From a candidate division FCPU426 bacterium (GTDB lineage: Bacteria; Oederibacteriota; Muellerivitia; Muellerivitales; Muellerivitaceae), in contig CAVRAL010000001.1 in assembly GCA_963719085.1 (NCBI GenBank), forward strand, positions 1,344,001 to 1,408,000: a DNA stretch of 64,000 nt. The letters are read 5' to 3'. Numbering within the stretch: position 1 is the stretch's first letter; each line of letters opens with the position of its first letter. Of the stretch, positions 8,386 through 18,799 are shown one piece after another. The position numbers and the translations under genes were made by a program. The notes beneath the pieces were generated by a model. It searched no databases, was not told the origin of the DNA, and was given only the letters and a program-made list of their open reading frames with translations.

Positions 8386-9621
8386 TTAGTTGGATTGGTC
8401 CTCGACCACGATCACCTGCTGTTTGAGGGAGCGGGATAACTTTTTGGCGGTTTTTTCCGCCGCCGCCCGGGTGGCGTATTGTCCCACCCGCACCTTGTAA
8501 TAGGTATAGGGGCTGGAATCGCTTTTGGCCGAAACCACGAAAGTCTCATAACCGAGTTGTTTCGCCGATTTCCGCGCCTTGGCCACGTAACCCATTTGGG
8601 TGAATACTCCGATTTGAACATGGAACGGCAAGGCCGGCGCTTCGGTGGCGACTGCCTCCGGCGCGGCCGCGGGAGCGGGCGTTGGGACAAGCGTGGGCGC
8701 TAAAGCGGCGGTCGGCTGGGAGATGGCCGCTGGCGTCGGCGCGTGGGGCACTGAGACCGTCGCTCCGAGGGTCGGAGTGGGCGAAGGTTCTTGCCCCTCG
8801 GCGGCGGCGGCGTAATCCGGATGAACTTTAGCCAAGGCCGTCAACCGGCCCTGGGCATCGCTCACTTCCAAGGCTTTGGGATAACGGTCCAGCAAGGTCT
8901 GGTAAGCCGCGTAAGCCTGGCGGTCTTTCTTTTCCAGCTCAAAGGTTTGCCCGAGCTTGAAATAAACCAGGTTCAATTCATCGTAAGCGGGATCGTCCTG
9001 GAGGATTTTGAGATATTGCTGTTCGGCCTGGTCGTAGCGCCCTTTCTTGAAATAAGCGTTGCCCAAACCCACCCGGCACTTGGAGGCCCAGGGGCTGTCT
9101 TTGGAATCATCCAAAACTTTTTGGAACTGCTGGATGGCGTTGTCGTTCTGGTCCTGGGCCAAGTAAGCCGAGGCCAGCCAATAACGGATTTCGGGCAGAT
9201 CCGGGCTCTTGGGATATTGGTCGATATAATCCTGGTAGCTCGCGGCCGCTTCCTCGTATTTATCGGCCAAGTAATAGCGGTCAGCCAAATCTTTCTGGGC
9301 CTCCGCGCCTTCCGGGCTTCCCTCATATTCGCTGGCCAGCATCTGGAACCGGGCCGTGGCGGAGGTGAAATCCTCCTCGAGATTGGCCAAAAGAAGCTCG
9401 GCCCGGGGCACAAAGCTGTCCATCGGATGCTCAGCCACCAATTCGCTCAGCGAGGTACGGGCTTCCTGATAATGCTTTTCGTCGAATAATTTCTGGGCCT
9501 TGTCAAAAAGCGCCGCCGGGCTGTCGTCCCGCGAAGCCGGCGTCGCGGAAGGCGCGGGTGTTTGGGCCAGCAAAGGCGAGCCGAGGGCCATTAGGAAGAT
9601 CAGGGAGAATATTTTTTTCAT
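8386..9621 (-). CDS. Exported TPR (CpoB/BamD-like) protein with C-terminal SPOR domain
   Basis: Signal peptide MKKIFSLIFLMALGSPLLA, TPR repeats (YP.S motifs), Pro/Ala linker, FHVQIGVF...YKVRVGQYATRAAA SPOR signature. Confidence 0.85.
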   Translation of the reverse strand: MKKIFSLIFLMALGSPLLAQTPAPSATPASRDDSPAALFDKAQKLFDEKHYQEARTSLSELVAEHPMDSFVPRAELLLANLEEDFTSATARFQMLASEYEGSPEGAEAQKDLADRYYLADKYEEAAASYQDYIDQYPKSPDLPEIRYWLASAYLAQDQNDNAIQQFQKVLDDSKDSPWASKCRVGLGNAYFKKGRYDQAEQQYLKILQDDPAYDELNLVYFKLGQTFELEKKDRQAYAAYQTLLDRYPKALEVSDAQGRLTALAKVHPDYAAAAEGQEPSPTPTLGATVSVPHAPTPAAISQPTAALAPTLVPTPAPAAAPEAVATEAPALPFHVQIGVFTQMGYVAKARKSAKQLGYETFVVSAKSDSSPYTYYKVRVGQYATRAAAEKTAKKLSRSLKQQVIVVEDQSN

Positions 9622-9667
9622 GTGTTCCTTTATAAAGCTAACTAAAAAAACCCGCACCAACAAAAAA

Positions 9668-9839
9668 GCTCGCACAAAGACGCATGCGCCTAAAGGCGGC
9701 CCCGTTCCACCCAATCAATGTTGGGGCAGACGCCAAGGTAGTCAAAACACTTATGTTTTGGGACAGATTAGAAAAACAAGAAATCTTTTGTGTTTATAGT
9801 TGTTCGCCCTTCTTGGCGTCTTAGCGTCTTTGCGTGAGC
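9668..9839. repeat. Palindromic intergenic element, family 1, left arm interrupted
   Basis: Right arm TCTTGGCGTCTTAGCGTCTTTGCGTGAGC (9811-9839) complements GCTCGCACAAAGACGC (9668-9683) plus AGACGCCAAG (9728-9737). Confidence 0.65.
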
Positions 9840-9850
9840 AGTTTTTTTGG

Positions 9851-11197
9851 TTAAATCTTCGTTCCGTATAACGCGGCGATTTTGCTGCTCTCAATCCTCA
9901 CCTTTACCAGGCTCCCCGTCTCAAAAACCCCGTTGGTCACCACCACGGTCTTATTTTGGCGGGTCTTGCCATAACTGGCGTTGGGCGTGCGGTCCGCGGG
10001 CCCATCGACCAAGACTTCTTCCACCAGTCCTACCCGGGCGGCGTGCTTTTGGGAGGCGTGTTTCCAGGCCACGACGTTCAGCCGGGCCAACCGCTCGTTT
10101 TTGACTTCCTCAGGAACCTGGTCCAACATCCGGGCCGCCACGGTTCCAATCCGGGGGGAATATTTGAAGCTAAACACCAGGTCGTACTGAACCTCTTCCA
10201 ACAAACGAAGCGTTCCTTGAAAATCCTCCTCGGTCTCGCCGGGGAATCCGACGATCAAGTCGGTCGTCAAGGCGATGTCTTTCACCGAGCGCTTCAAGGA
10301 TTGGGCCCTTTCCAAATAATGCGCCACGCTGTATTTGCGGCTCATGCGCTTCAAGATCGGGTCCGACCCGCATTGGACGGGCAAATGGAAATATTCGCAA
10401 ACAGCCGGGGTCGAGGCCATCACCTCAATGAGCTCATCGGACAAATCCAACGGATGGGAAGTCATGAACCGCACCCGCTCAATGCCCTGCACTTCCGCGA
10501 CCTTCCTCAACAGCTGGGCGAAGGTCAGGGTCTTTCCTTTGGACTTGAGACCCAGCCCGTAGGAATTCACGTTTTGGCCGAGCAAGGTGACTTCTTTGAC
10601 GCCGGCCGCCGAAAGCCGCCGGGTCTCGGCCAAAATATCCTCGGCCTCGCGGGAAACTTCCCTCCCCCGGGTAAAGGGCACCACGCAAAAGGTGCAAAAC
10701 TTGTCACAGCCCTTCATGATCTCGAGGAACGCCTTATGCGGCTGGGCGAGGTGGGCAACGTCATTCTCCGGAAAATAAACCGGGTCAAAATCCGCCAACA
10801 CCTGGCTTAACCCCGTGCGGGAGGCTTGCTCCAAAACCTCGGGTACTTTCAAGTATTGGTCCGGACCGATCACCAAATCCAAATGGGGCGCCCGTTCCAG
10901 CAGTTGGTTTTTGTAGCTGGTGGCCATACAGCCCAAAACACCCACCACCCGGCCGTCTTTGCCTTTTTTCCACTCGCCCAGTTCCCCTAAGCGGGAAAAA
11001 ACCTTGTCTTCGGCGTGCTGGCGGATGGAGCAGGTATTGAAGAGGATGACATCGGCTTCCGCTTGGTCCTGGGTCATTAAAAAACGCTTCTCCCGCAGGA
11101 GCTTGGCCACATGGTCCGATTCCAAGACGTTGGATTGGCACCCGAAGGTTTCCAGGAAAACTTTTTTGTCTGGGGCGATAACGACGGTCGGTTCCAC
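9851..11197 (-). CDS. miaB: tRNA-2-methylthio-N6-dimethylallyladenosine synthase MiaB
   Basis: ETFGCQSN, NTCSIR, radical SAM GCDKFCTFC, HLPVQCGS, IVGFPGETEEDF, C-terminal TRAM domain. Confidence 0.95.
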   Translation of the reverse strand: MEPTVVIAPDKKVFLETFGCQSNVLESDHVAKLLREKRFLMTQDQAEADVILFNTCSIRQHAEDKVFSRLGELGEWKKGKDGRVVGVLGCMATSYKNQLLERAPHLDLVIGPDQYLKVPEVLEQASRTGLSQVLADFDPVYFPENDVAHLAQPHKAFLEIMKGCDKFCTFCVVPFTRGREVSREAEDILAETRRLSAAGVKEVTLLGQNVNSYGLGLKSKGKTLTFAQLLRKVAEVQGIERVRFMTSHPLDLSDELIEVMASTPAVCEYFHLPVQCGSDPILKRMSRKYSVAHYLERAQSLKRSVKDIALTTDLIVGFPGETEEDFQGTLRLLEEVQYDLVFSFKYSPRIGTVAARMLDQVPEEVKNERLARLNVVAWKHASQKHAARVGLVEEVLVDGPADRTPNASYGKTRQNKTVVVTNGVFETGSLVKVRIESSKIAALYGTKI

Positions 11198-11261
11198 GGG
11201 ATTCCTTGAAAAGAATGGGCCTTAAAAGAACACCGATTTTAGCAGGTGCGGAGTCATTCGG

Positions 11262-11564
11262 CTAGGGCTGGTGGCCTTTGATAATAATGAAAAAAGCCAC
11301 CGCCAGCGCGAACAAAAGCACGCCCGCCCTCAGGATCCAGCCGGTCTTTTGGGGGGACACGCGGTAAGGCACGAAGGCCCTGCCCCCGGGGGAAACACCG
11401 CTTTCCTGCTGGAACACATTGCCGTCCTCGTCGAAAACCAAGGGCAGGCTGGCCCCGCAGGCGCCGCAGAATTTATTCTCGGCGATGTTGAAGGCGCCAC
11501 AGCGCAGGCATTCCACGTCCAGATTTTTGCGTTTGGGAATGGGCGGCAAAAGTTCGGCCGGCAC
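11262..11564 (-). CDS. Zinc-ribbon protein with C-terminal transmembrane helix
   Basis: CLRCG...NKFCGACG; hydrophobic C-terminus; tightly packed between neighbours. Confidence 0.75.
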   Translation of the reverse strand: MPAELLPPIPKRKNLDVECLRCGAFNIAENKFCGACGASLPLVFDEDGNVFQQESGVSPGGRAFVPYRVSPQKTGWILRAGVLLFALAVAFFIIIKGHQP

Positions 11565-11570
11565 GGGGTT

Positions 11571-12827
11571 TTATTTGAACCCGGAAAGCTTGTTGATGAT
11601 CATGCCGATTTTACGCGCGTCCTCGGACATTTTTTTCTGGGTCAGGACGGCCTGGTATTGCTTATAGGCGTTGATGGTTTCCTGTTTTTTTCCGAGCTTC
11701 AAGTTGAACTCGGCGCGCTTTTTAAGAATTTCCAAATGGTCGGGCTCATAGGCCAGAATCTGCTCGAAAATCCCCAGGACGGCCTCGATCTTGTTTTCTT
11801 TGATGGCCTGGGCCGCTTGCTTGATGAAAATTTGGGTGGCCTCGGCTTTTTTACCGACCTGGACCAGGATCCGCGCCAAACGGTTCTGGAGGACGGCGTC
11901 CTCCGGATACCTCGCCATCAAAAAGCCGGCGTGGGCGAGGGCCGCGTTCCAATCCTTCAAGTCCTCTTCCAGGGAAAGCAGTTGGGCGATCAAGGACTCA
12001 TCCTCCGGGCTCTCGGCGAGCAAAAGGTCAAATTCCTTTTTCGCCTCGGCGCTCAGGCGAAGTTCGGCCAGGATTTTCGCGTGGAGCAGCCGGAGGCCCT
12101 GGTGGCCCGCCGCGATGGCTTTTTCCACCGCCATCTTGGCTTCGTCCAAATGGCCCGCGCCGTAAGCCACCCGGCTTAAGCGGTCATAAACCCGCGACAG
12201 GGTGTCCTGGTCGCCTTTGCGGTCGGCCAATTCCCCCAAAAGCTTCAGGGTGTCATAGCCGTCCGGATCCATCTCGGCCATCTGGTTGGCCATAGCCTGG
12301 GCCTTGTCCAGGCGCCCGGCTTCCAAATGGATATCGGCGATGGCCCTGAGCTGTTCCAGCGCGTCGGTGATCTGGGCGTTTTCCAGGAACAAGGAAGCCA
12401 ATTTTTCCCGGTAGGAAAAATTAATGGGCTCGGCCTCGATCAGCTGTTTGTAAAAAGCCACCGCCTCTTCCGGGTTTCCCTCGGCGGCCATCCGGTCCGC
12501 CTCCAGGGTTTTGGTGACCGAGTCGTAAATATGCCGGCGCTTTAAGTCCATGCGGCCCGTATTGAGCTTTTGGATTTTTTTCTCGATGGAAGAGACCTTG
12601 GCGAAATTGCCTTGTTTGGAATAAAGGGCCCGCGCGGTCATATAGGCGTCGAAGGCGTCCTGGTCGTCCTCTTTTTTGCCGTAAGCGTCGCCCATCATGT
12701 TGAAAACGTGGGCATCCTCGGCGTCGAGGGCCAAAAGCTTCTTATATTCCTCAATGGCCTTATACCACTCCCCGTTTTGGACGTAGAGGTAAGCCATCTT
12801 GACGATGATGTTTTTATCTTCCGACAT
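11571..12827 (-). CDS. Tetratricopeptide repeat protein
   Basis: All-helical TPR-like repeats throughout; no signal peptide. Confidence 0.85.
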   Translation of the reverse strand: MSEDKNIIVKMAYLYVQNGEWYKAIEEYKKLLALDAEDAHVFNMMGDAYGKKEDDQDAFDAYMTARALYSKQGNFAKVSSIEKKIQKLNTGRMDLKRRHIYDSVTKTLEADRMAAEGNPEEAVAFYKQLIEAEPINFSYREKLASLFLENAQITDALEQLRAIADIHLEAGRLDKAQAMANQMAEMDPDGYDTLKLLGELADRKGDQDTLSRVYDRLSRVAYGAGHLDEAKMAVEKAIAAGHQGLRLLHAKILAELRLSAEAKKEFDLLLAESPEDESLIAQLLSLEEDLKDWNAALAHAGFLMARYPEDAVLQNRLARILVQVGKKAEATQIFIKQAAQAIKENKIEAVLGIFEQILAYEPDHLEILKKRAEFNLKLGKKQETINAYKQYQAVLTQKKMSEDARKIGMIINKLSGFK

Positions 12828-12927
12828 GGCGCCTCGCTACGGTCTTTGAAAAAGAAACGAACGGCCTACGGGAATCCAGGTCAGTATAAATCGAAGGGAA
12901 TAAAAAACAGTTAAAAAGGCCCGAAAG

Positions 12928-14529
12928 TTACAGCAGCCCATCCACGCTGTAGGCGATGACCTTCTCGGTTTTCCCCTTCACCTTGATGGGATCGAGCATG
13001 GTGGCGCGGACCTTGTGTTTGACTTTCTCGTAGGTGGCGCTGGAGATGAGAATTTGCCCCTTTTCCGCCACCGACTCCAGCCTTTGGGTGAGATTGACGT
13101 TGTCGCCGATCGCCGTGTATTCCATCCGCTCGTTGGAGCCGATATTGCCCACGACCACCTCGCCGGTGTTGATTCCGATTCCAATATTAACTTCCCGTTT
13201 ACCTTCCGACCGCCATTTAAATTGGAGTTCCTTCATCTTCACGCTCATCTCGATCGCCGACAAAACCGCCCGCTCCGCGTGGTCCGGCATGTCGATCGGC
13301 GCGCCGTAGACGGCCATGATGGCGTCGCCCATGAACTTGTCCAGCGTGCCCTCGTATTTAAAAATGATGGAAGTCATGGCGGTGAAATACTCGTTCAGTA
13401 AATGCACCACCTCTTCGGCGCTCAAGACTTCCGACATGGGCGTGAAACCCCGGATATCGGAGAAGAAAACCGTCACGTTCTTTTTCTCGCCGCCCAGCTT
13501 CAGCCCGTCCTTGTGTTCCAAAATCCGGTCCACCACGCTTTTAGTGACGTATTTGGAAAAGGCGCCCTTGATGACCTCTTTTTCCCGCAAGGATTTGGCC
13601 ATGTTGTTGAAAGCGCTGGTGAGGTCCCCGAGTTCGTCCGAGCGCTTGATCCTGATCTCTTGGTCGAAGTCGCCGGCCGCGATGGCCGACACGCCGGACA
13701 CCAAAAGCCGGATGGGCTTGATGAGCAGGGTCACGAAAACCGTCATGCCGATGATGCCGATGAGAAGGATCGCCAAGGTCGTCAAGATGATGGCCACCGC
13801 CACGTAACGCACCACCCGGGTGATGGTGTTTTGGTTCATTCCCAGATGCACTTCCCCGAGTTTGTTGCCGCTGACGCGGTCTTTAATGACCGCCGCCACG
13901 TCATAGAGGGGAACGCCGCTTTGGGTATAGGCCTGGGTCAGAATGGATTCGGTGTCCGCCATGGGCCGCACGCCCGCGGGCAAAGTGTTGGGGGTATTGA
14001 CCCTTTGCAAGTCATTGTCGGCCACCACCATGCCGTTTTTATCCACGATATAGGCGTATTCAACGTCCGACGCCTGGGCGTCGCCCTCGGGCCACAAAAA
14101 TTTTTGCACGGCGTTGTTGGCTTGGGCGCTGATGCCCACCAGTTCTTCTTGAAGCGGGTTGTAGCCCGAGGGGATCACGCGGTTGGAGCTGACGCTTTCC
14201 AGCTTCATGGCGTCCCGCACGTTTTGCATCAAGGTGAGGTTAATGTCCTCGGCGGAACCTTGCTGGGAGGTGGCTTGGGAAAGCTGGGTGAGGAGCGGGT
14301 CCTCGCTGTTTAAAGCCAGCCCGCGGACCTGGGCTTCCCCGCGGTCCAAAACCTGCTGGATCAAGGTTTGCCGCATTTGGTCCAAAACGAGCCAAGTCAC
14401 CACGCCCATGACGGCGCAAATGAGAAAAGTAAGCACCAGGATGAACTTCACGCGAAGGGAAAAAAGATGATGTTTGAGGACGGCCTTCGGTTTTTTGTCG
14501 CCCGAAGTCTTAGTTGGAGTCGGTTCCAA
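12928..14529 (-). CDS. Membrane class III adenylate cyclase (2 TM, periplasmic sensor, HAMP, catalytic domain)
   Basis: HAMP DELGDLTSAFNNM; FFSDIRGFT, LDKFMGDAIMA (Lys typical of ATP specificity), EYTAIGDNVN...RLE. Confidence 0.93.
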   Translation of the reverse strand: MEPTPTKTSGDKKPKAVLKHHLFSLRVKFILVLTFLICAVMGVVTWLVLDQMRQTLIQQVLDRGEAQVRGLALNSEDPLLTQLSQATSQQGSAEDINLTLMQNVRDAMKLESVSSNRVIPSGYNPLQEELVGISAQANNAVQKFLWPEGDAQASDVEYAYIVDKNGMVVADNDLQRVNTPNTLPAGVRPMADTESILTQAYTQSGVPLYDVAAVIKDRVSGNKLGEVHLGMNQNTITRVVRYVAVAIILTTLAILLIGIIGMTVFVTLLIKPIRLLVSGVSAIAAGDFDQEIRIKRSDELGDLTSAFNNMAKSLREKEVIKGAFSKYVTKSVVDRILEHKDGLKLGGEKKNVTVFFSDIRGFTPMSEVLSAEEVVHLLNEYFTAMTSIIFKYEGTLDKFMGDAIMAVYGAPIDMPDHAERAVLSAIEMSVKMKELQFKWRSEGKREVNIGIGINTGEVVVGNIGSNERMEYTAIGDNVNLTQRLESVAEKGQILISSATYEKVKHKVRATMLDPIKVKGKTEKVIAYSVDGLL

Positions 14530-14576
14530 GGGAAGCCCCCCGATGGCCCTTAAAGGTATGGTAGACGTCTAACTTA

Positions 14577-14605
14577 ACTATAGACGGGGCAAGAGGGGCT
14601 GTCAA
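14577..14605 (-). promoter_or_regulatory. Sigma70-type promoter upstream of the cyclase gene
   Basis: Minus strand TTGACA-17 bp-TATAGT. Confidence 0.75.
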
Positions 14606-14639
14606 CGAACGACCCACCACGCGGCCCTAAAAGCCCGCC

Positions 14640-15362
14640 TTAAGCTGACTCGGGGCTCGATTCACCTTCCGCCATGGGCGGTTGGGTCTCAGCGGCGGCG
14701 TCCGGCGCGGCCGGGGCTTCGGCTTCTTGGGCCTCCTCCAAAGACGAGGCGGTAAGGCCCAGCTTTGTTTCCCGTCGGCGCAGTTCCCCTTCCATCTCTT
14801 TGAGAAAACCCGGGGAGGGCCGGTCGCCGGCCAATTCCTGTATCTCGGAAACCTTTGGCAGGTCCAGCAGGTCCTTCAATCCGAAATGGATCAAAAACTC
14901 GTGGGTGGTCCCATAAAGAAGCGGGCGACCGGCGGTTTCAGCCCGGCCCAGGATACGGATCATCTTCTTTTGAAGCAGGGACTGGACCAGATTGCTGACC
15001 TCCACTCCCCGGATCGCCTCCACCTCCGCCCGGGTCACGGGCTGCTTATAGGCGATGATGGCCAGGGCTTCCAGGGAAGCTTTGGTCAGGCGGGTCGTGG
15101 AAATAACCTTATATAACTCCTTGGCCCAGCCATGGTATTCGGGCCGGGTGACCAGTTGGAACCCTTCGGCCACTTGAACTACTTGGAAACTGCGTTCCAT
15201 GGCGTTCAGCTCTTCCTGAATCGCCGCGAAAGCCTTCTCCACCTCTTCCAAGGGATAGTCTTCCAAAATATCGGCCGCGCGTTTGGGCGACAGGGGCTGC
15301 TCGCTCACGAACAAAAGGCTTTCCAGAATTTGGTTTAAACTTTGTTTCGCCATGCTGGTCAT
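14640..15362 (-). CDS. scpB: SMC-Scp complex subunit ScpB
   Basis: LESLLFVS, LEALAIIAYKQPVTRAEVEAIRGV, GRPLLYGTT.EFL.HFGL. Confidence 0.95.
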   Translation of the reverse strand: MTSMAKQSLNQILESLLFVSEQPLSPKRAADILEDYPLEEVEKAFAAIQEELNAMERSFQVVQVAEGFQLVTRPEYHGWAKELYKVISTTRLTKASLEALAIIAYKQPVTRAEVEAIRGVEVSNLVQSLLQKKMIRILGRAETAGRPLLYGTTHEFLIHFGLKDLLDLPKVSEIQELAGDRPSPGFLKEMEGELRRRETKLGLTASSLEEAQEAEAPAAPDAAAETQPPMAEGESSPESA

Positions 15363-16283
15363 TTACTCCGTTTGGGATTGAAGATTCGCTTCCCCATCAT
15401 TCGGCAAGGATACCTCGCCTTCAGGGGACTCAGCCGACGCCTGCGGGGACTCCGTCGACTCGGACTGTATCAGATAAATTTCGATCTCGTCAAAAATTTT
15501 ATTTTGGAACGCCTTCGCCAGCTTGAGCCGGAGCAATTCCAAAAGGGCCAAAAGACAGATGATTTTCTCGATTTTCGTCCGGCAGGCCGTCAGCATGGAT
15601 TTGAAAAGGATCTTTTTGTTCGCCTGGAGCATGTCCATCACGTCGTTGATCTTCTGGGTCACGGTGATTTCGGGGCGGATGAGCTCGGCCGTGGGATCTT
15701 CCTGGGAATGGATCAAGACATCCTTAAAAGCCGCCAAAAGGCCGAACAAGGTGACTTCTTCCAAGTGCTCTTCCTCGCCCACCTGCTTCATATCCTCGGA
15801 GACCATCCGGCCCAATAGACGGGTCCTTGTCTTTTCCATACCCTGAAGCTGGTCCGCGGCGTCCTTGAACATCTTGTACTCCAGCAGGCGCCGCATCAGC
15901 TCGGCCCGGGGGTCTTCCACTTCTTCCTCGGTTTCCGGCTCAATCGGCAAAAGCATCTTGCTCTTCACATGCATCAAGGTGGCGGCCATCACCAAAAAGT
16001 CCCCGGCGATCTCCAGGTTGAGCGAGCGCATAATATCCAGATAAGCCAGATACTCCTTGGTGATCTTGGAAATGGGAATGTCATAGATATCCAGCTCGTG
16101 TTCCTTGATCAGGTGGAGCAACAGGTCCATGGGCCCGTCAAAGGACGGCAGGGTGATTTGATAGGTCAGGCGCTGGTCTTCGGCGTTGAGGATTTCCTTA
16201 ATCACAACCCCGGACACATCCTTGGACAAGGAAATGTTCACGGGCTCGGGAGTGTTTTCAGGTTTGAGAGATTCGTCGGTCAC
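15363..16283 (-). CDS. scpA: Segregation and condensation protein ScpA
   Basis: FDGPMDLLLHLI, DIYDIPI, DFLVMAATL, KSKMLLP, DPRAEL..RLLEYK. Confidence 0.95.
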   Translation of the reverse strand: MTDESLKPENTPEPVNISLSKDVSGVVIKEILNAEDQRLTYQITLPSFDGPMDLLLHLIKEHELDIYDIPISKITKEYLAYLDIMRSLNLEIAGDFLVMAATLMHVKSKMLLPIEPETEEEVEDPRAELMRRLLEYKMFKDAADQLQGMEKTRTRLLGRMVSEDMKQVGEEEHLEEVTLFGLLAAFKDVLIHSQEDPTAELIRPEITVTQKINDVMDMLQANKKILFKSMLTACRTKIEKIICLLALLELLRLKLAKAFQNKIFDEIEIYLIQSESTESPQASAESPEGEVSLPNDGEANLQSQTE

Positions 16284-16314
16284 ATTTTCCTCATTCGATA
16301 ACTTTTAAAATGAT

Positions 16315-16371
16315 AAACGCCGATGAACGCGGATAAAAAATTCTTTTCCCTTAAATCAGCGTCCATCCGCG
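16315..16371. repeat. Palindromic intergenic element, family 2 (10-bp periodic arms)
   Basis: AAACGCCGATGAACGCGGAT ... ATCAGCGTCCATCCGCG; related copy at 42278. Confidence 0.6.
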
Positions 16372-16375
16372 CGGA

Positions 16376-17380
16376 TCAAGGTTGATTGCCTTTGAATCTT
16401 CGCGACAACCCGGTGGCGGCGTAAACTTTTTCCATGGTCTCAGCGGCGGTCCGGCGGGCCTGGCGGGCGCTTTCGGCCAAAATTTCCTCGACTTGTTCCG
16501 GATGCGCGTCCAACCGGCGGCGTTTTTCCCGCGTCTCGCCGCCGAAGTGTTTCTCGATTTGGTTTAGCAGCAGTTTTTTGGCGTCCCCGTAGCCCATACC
16601 GCCCTGCCGGAATCCCTTTTCCATTTCCGCCGTTTCCTCCGGGCTCGCCAGCAGTTTATATAAGAGGTAAATCACGTTGTTTTCAGGCTCCTTGGGCTCC
16701 GCCACGCCCTTGGAATCGGTGACGATGGCCATCACCTTCTTTTTAATCTCGGAAGCCTCCCCAAAGATCGGGATCACGCTGGCCTCGTCGCTTTTACTCA
16801 TCTTACCGCCGGTCAGGCCGATCACCTTCGGGGTTGGGCTTAACAGCGCCTCGGGAATTTTAAAGACATCCTTGGCGTAATGTTGATGAAAATAACCCGC
16901 CATGTCCCGGGTCATTTCCACGTGTTGGATCTGGTCCTGCCCCACGGGCACCCGGTCGCTTTGATAAATCAAAATATCGGCCGCCATCAGGATCGGATAA
17001 AAGAAAAGACCCATGCTGGGGGCCAATCCCCGGGCGATTTTGTCCTTAAACGAGTGGGCCCGTTCCAAAAGACCCATGCCGGTCACCGTGCTTAAAATCC
17101 AGGCCAGTTCCGTCACTTCGGGGACATCGCTTTGGCGGAAAAGCAGCGCCTTGGCCGGATCCAGCCCCAAGGCCAAATAATCGGCCGCGGCCATAAAGGT
17201 GAACTTCTCCAGCTCGGCGGCGTTTTGAAGGGTCGTGAGCGAGTGATAGTTGGCGATGAAATAATAGCACTGGCCCTTTTGCTGGAGCGCGATATGGTTT
17301 TGGATCGCCCCGAAATAATTCCCCAAATGAAGCCGTCCATTGGACTGGACGCCTGACAGATAGCGCGTGGGCGCGGTCAT
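16376..17380 (-). CDS. trpS: Tryptophan--tRNA ligase
   Basis: HLGNYFGA, YPILMAADIL, VPVGQDQ.QH.E, KMSKS. Confidence 0.97.
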   Translation of the reverse strand: MTAPTRYLSGVQSNGRLHLGNYFGAIQNHIALQQKGQCYYFIANYHSLTTLQNAAELEKFTFMAAADYLALGLDPAKALLFRQSDVPEVTELAWILSTVTGMGLLERAHSFKDKIARGLAPSMGLFFYPILMAADILIYQSDRVPVGQDQIQHVEMTRDMAGYFHQHYAKDVFKIPEALLSPTPKVIGLTGGKMSKSDEASVIPIFGEASEIKKKVMAIVTDSKGVAEPKEPENNVIYLLYKLLASPEETAEMEKGFRQGGMGYGDAKKLLLNQIEKHFGGETREKRRRLDAHPEQVEEILAESARQARRTAAETMEKVYAATGLSRRFKGNQP

Positions 17381-17483
17381 GCGGCCCTCGATTCCAATGG
17401 TTTACGAGCGATTTTCATTAAAAATAATTCCTGTTCATTGAGCGTGGTCAGCGGAAAGGGGTCTCAATTTACCAACGGTTTCT

Positions 17484-18746
17484 TTAGATGACAAAGGTTT
17501 TTTTAACCCAAGCCAGGGCTTCCAAGCGGTTTTTGAATTTGCCGTCCAACTGCCCGTCCAACGCCTCAAGCAAAATGAAGGAATAGCGGAACCCCGGCGG
17601 GATTCCCATGGCTTTCAAATCGCCGCCCCGGACCCAAGGCTGGATCTGGTGGACCCGTTTGAAATAGACTCCCATCTTTTTGCGCGAGGCCGCCGGCGCG
17701 GTGGCCCAAAGGAAACATTGCACTTCCGGGCGCAGGGGCGAGAGGAAACGATAAAGCCGGCTCACCGAAAGACCCGGCTTGGCGATCTCGTGAAACAAGG
17801 ACGGGACAAAGCGGGCGGACTGGGACACAATCTTTTGCTCGGTGCGCGAAAGCGCCAGGCGTTTGGACAGGCCCGCGACCTCCTTGGGCGAGGGATGATT
17901 CAAGAGCGCTTGAAACCAGACCGCGGTTTCTTCCAAACCCAAACTCACTTTTTTAAATTCCTCGACCGCCGGAACGACGCGCGCGAGCGACTGGCGCACC
18001 AGCGGGGAAACGCCCAAAGCCGGATGGATATGGGGCAAAACCCGAAGTTCTCCCAGCCGCTTCACCGCCCCCGCGGGGTGGGGTTCTTGAAAAATCAGCC
18101 GCAGCTCATTGCGCAGCCGCTCCCCCGACACCCGTTGGATATAGTCGCCCCGGACGGCCTGGGACAGCCATTGTTGGGTCTTGGCCTCAATGCGTTTCCC
18201 AAACCGCTGCTCAAACCGCACCGCGCGGAAAATACGGGTCGGGTCGTCGATAAAACTTTTATCATGCAGGGCGCGGATCCTTCCCTTTTTAAGGTCTTCC
18301 AAGCCGTCGAAAGGATCCAACAGCTTGAGAAAATAACCCGGGGACAGGCTCAAGGCCATGGCGTTCAAGGTAAAGTCGCGCCGGTACAGGTCCTGCACGA
18401 TTCCGCTTTTTTTAACCGAGGGCAGGGCGCCGGGCCGCTCATAACTTTCGGTCCGGGCGGTCGCGATATCCACCTTGCCGAATCCCGGCACGATCACGAT
18501 GGAGGTGCCGAACCGGGTGAAGGACTCCACGTCCGATCCCGTGAGCTTGGCGAACTTCTCGGCGAAGGTGACCCCATCCCCCTCCACCGTGATGTCGATA
18601 TCCACGCCGGGAACTTTTAGGAAAAGATCCCGCACGAAACCACCGACGGCGTAAGCCGCCTCGCCGCGGGAATCGGCCAAGCTTCCAATTTTCCTGAGCA
18701 GGGAAAGGGTTTGGGGCGGGATTTTAAAAGCGAACTGGGTTTTCAT
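17484..18746 (-). CDS. tRNA nucleotidyltransferase / poly(A) polymerase family protein (CCA- or A-adding)
   Basis: VGGFVRDL, DIDITVEG, DIATARTESY, DLYRRDFTLNAMA, SFIDDPTRIFRAVRF. Confidence 0.9.
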   Translation of the reverse strand: MKTQFAFKIPPQTLSLLRKIGSLADSRGEAAYAVGGFVRDLFLKVPGVDIDITVEGDGVTFAEKFAKLTGSDVESFTRFGTSIVIVPGFGKVDIATARTESYERPGALPSVKKSGIVQDLYRRDFTLNAMALSLSPGYFLKLLDPFDGLEDLKKGRIRALHDKSFIDDPTRIFRAVRFEQRFGKRIEAKTQQWLSQAVRGDYIQRVSGERLRNELRLIFQEPHPAGAVKRLGELRVLPHIHPALGVSPLVRQSLARVVPAVEEFKKVSLGLEETAVWFQALLNHPSPKEVAGLSKRLALSRTEQKIVSQSARFVPSLFHEIAKPGLSVSRLYRFLSPLRPEVQCFLWATAPAASRKKMGVYFKRVHQIQPWVRGGDLKAMGIPPGFRYSFILLEALDGQLDGKFKNRLEALAWVKKTFVI

Positions 18747-18799
18747 GACGGCTCCTGAGTCTATCGCGAAAAGCAAAGGGCTCTTCTTCCGGCCAACTT

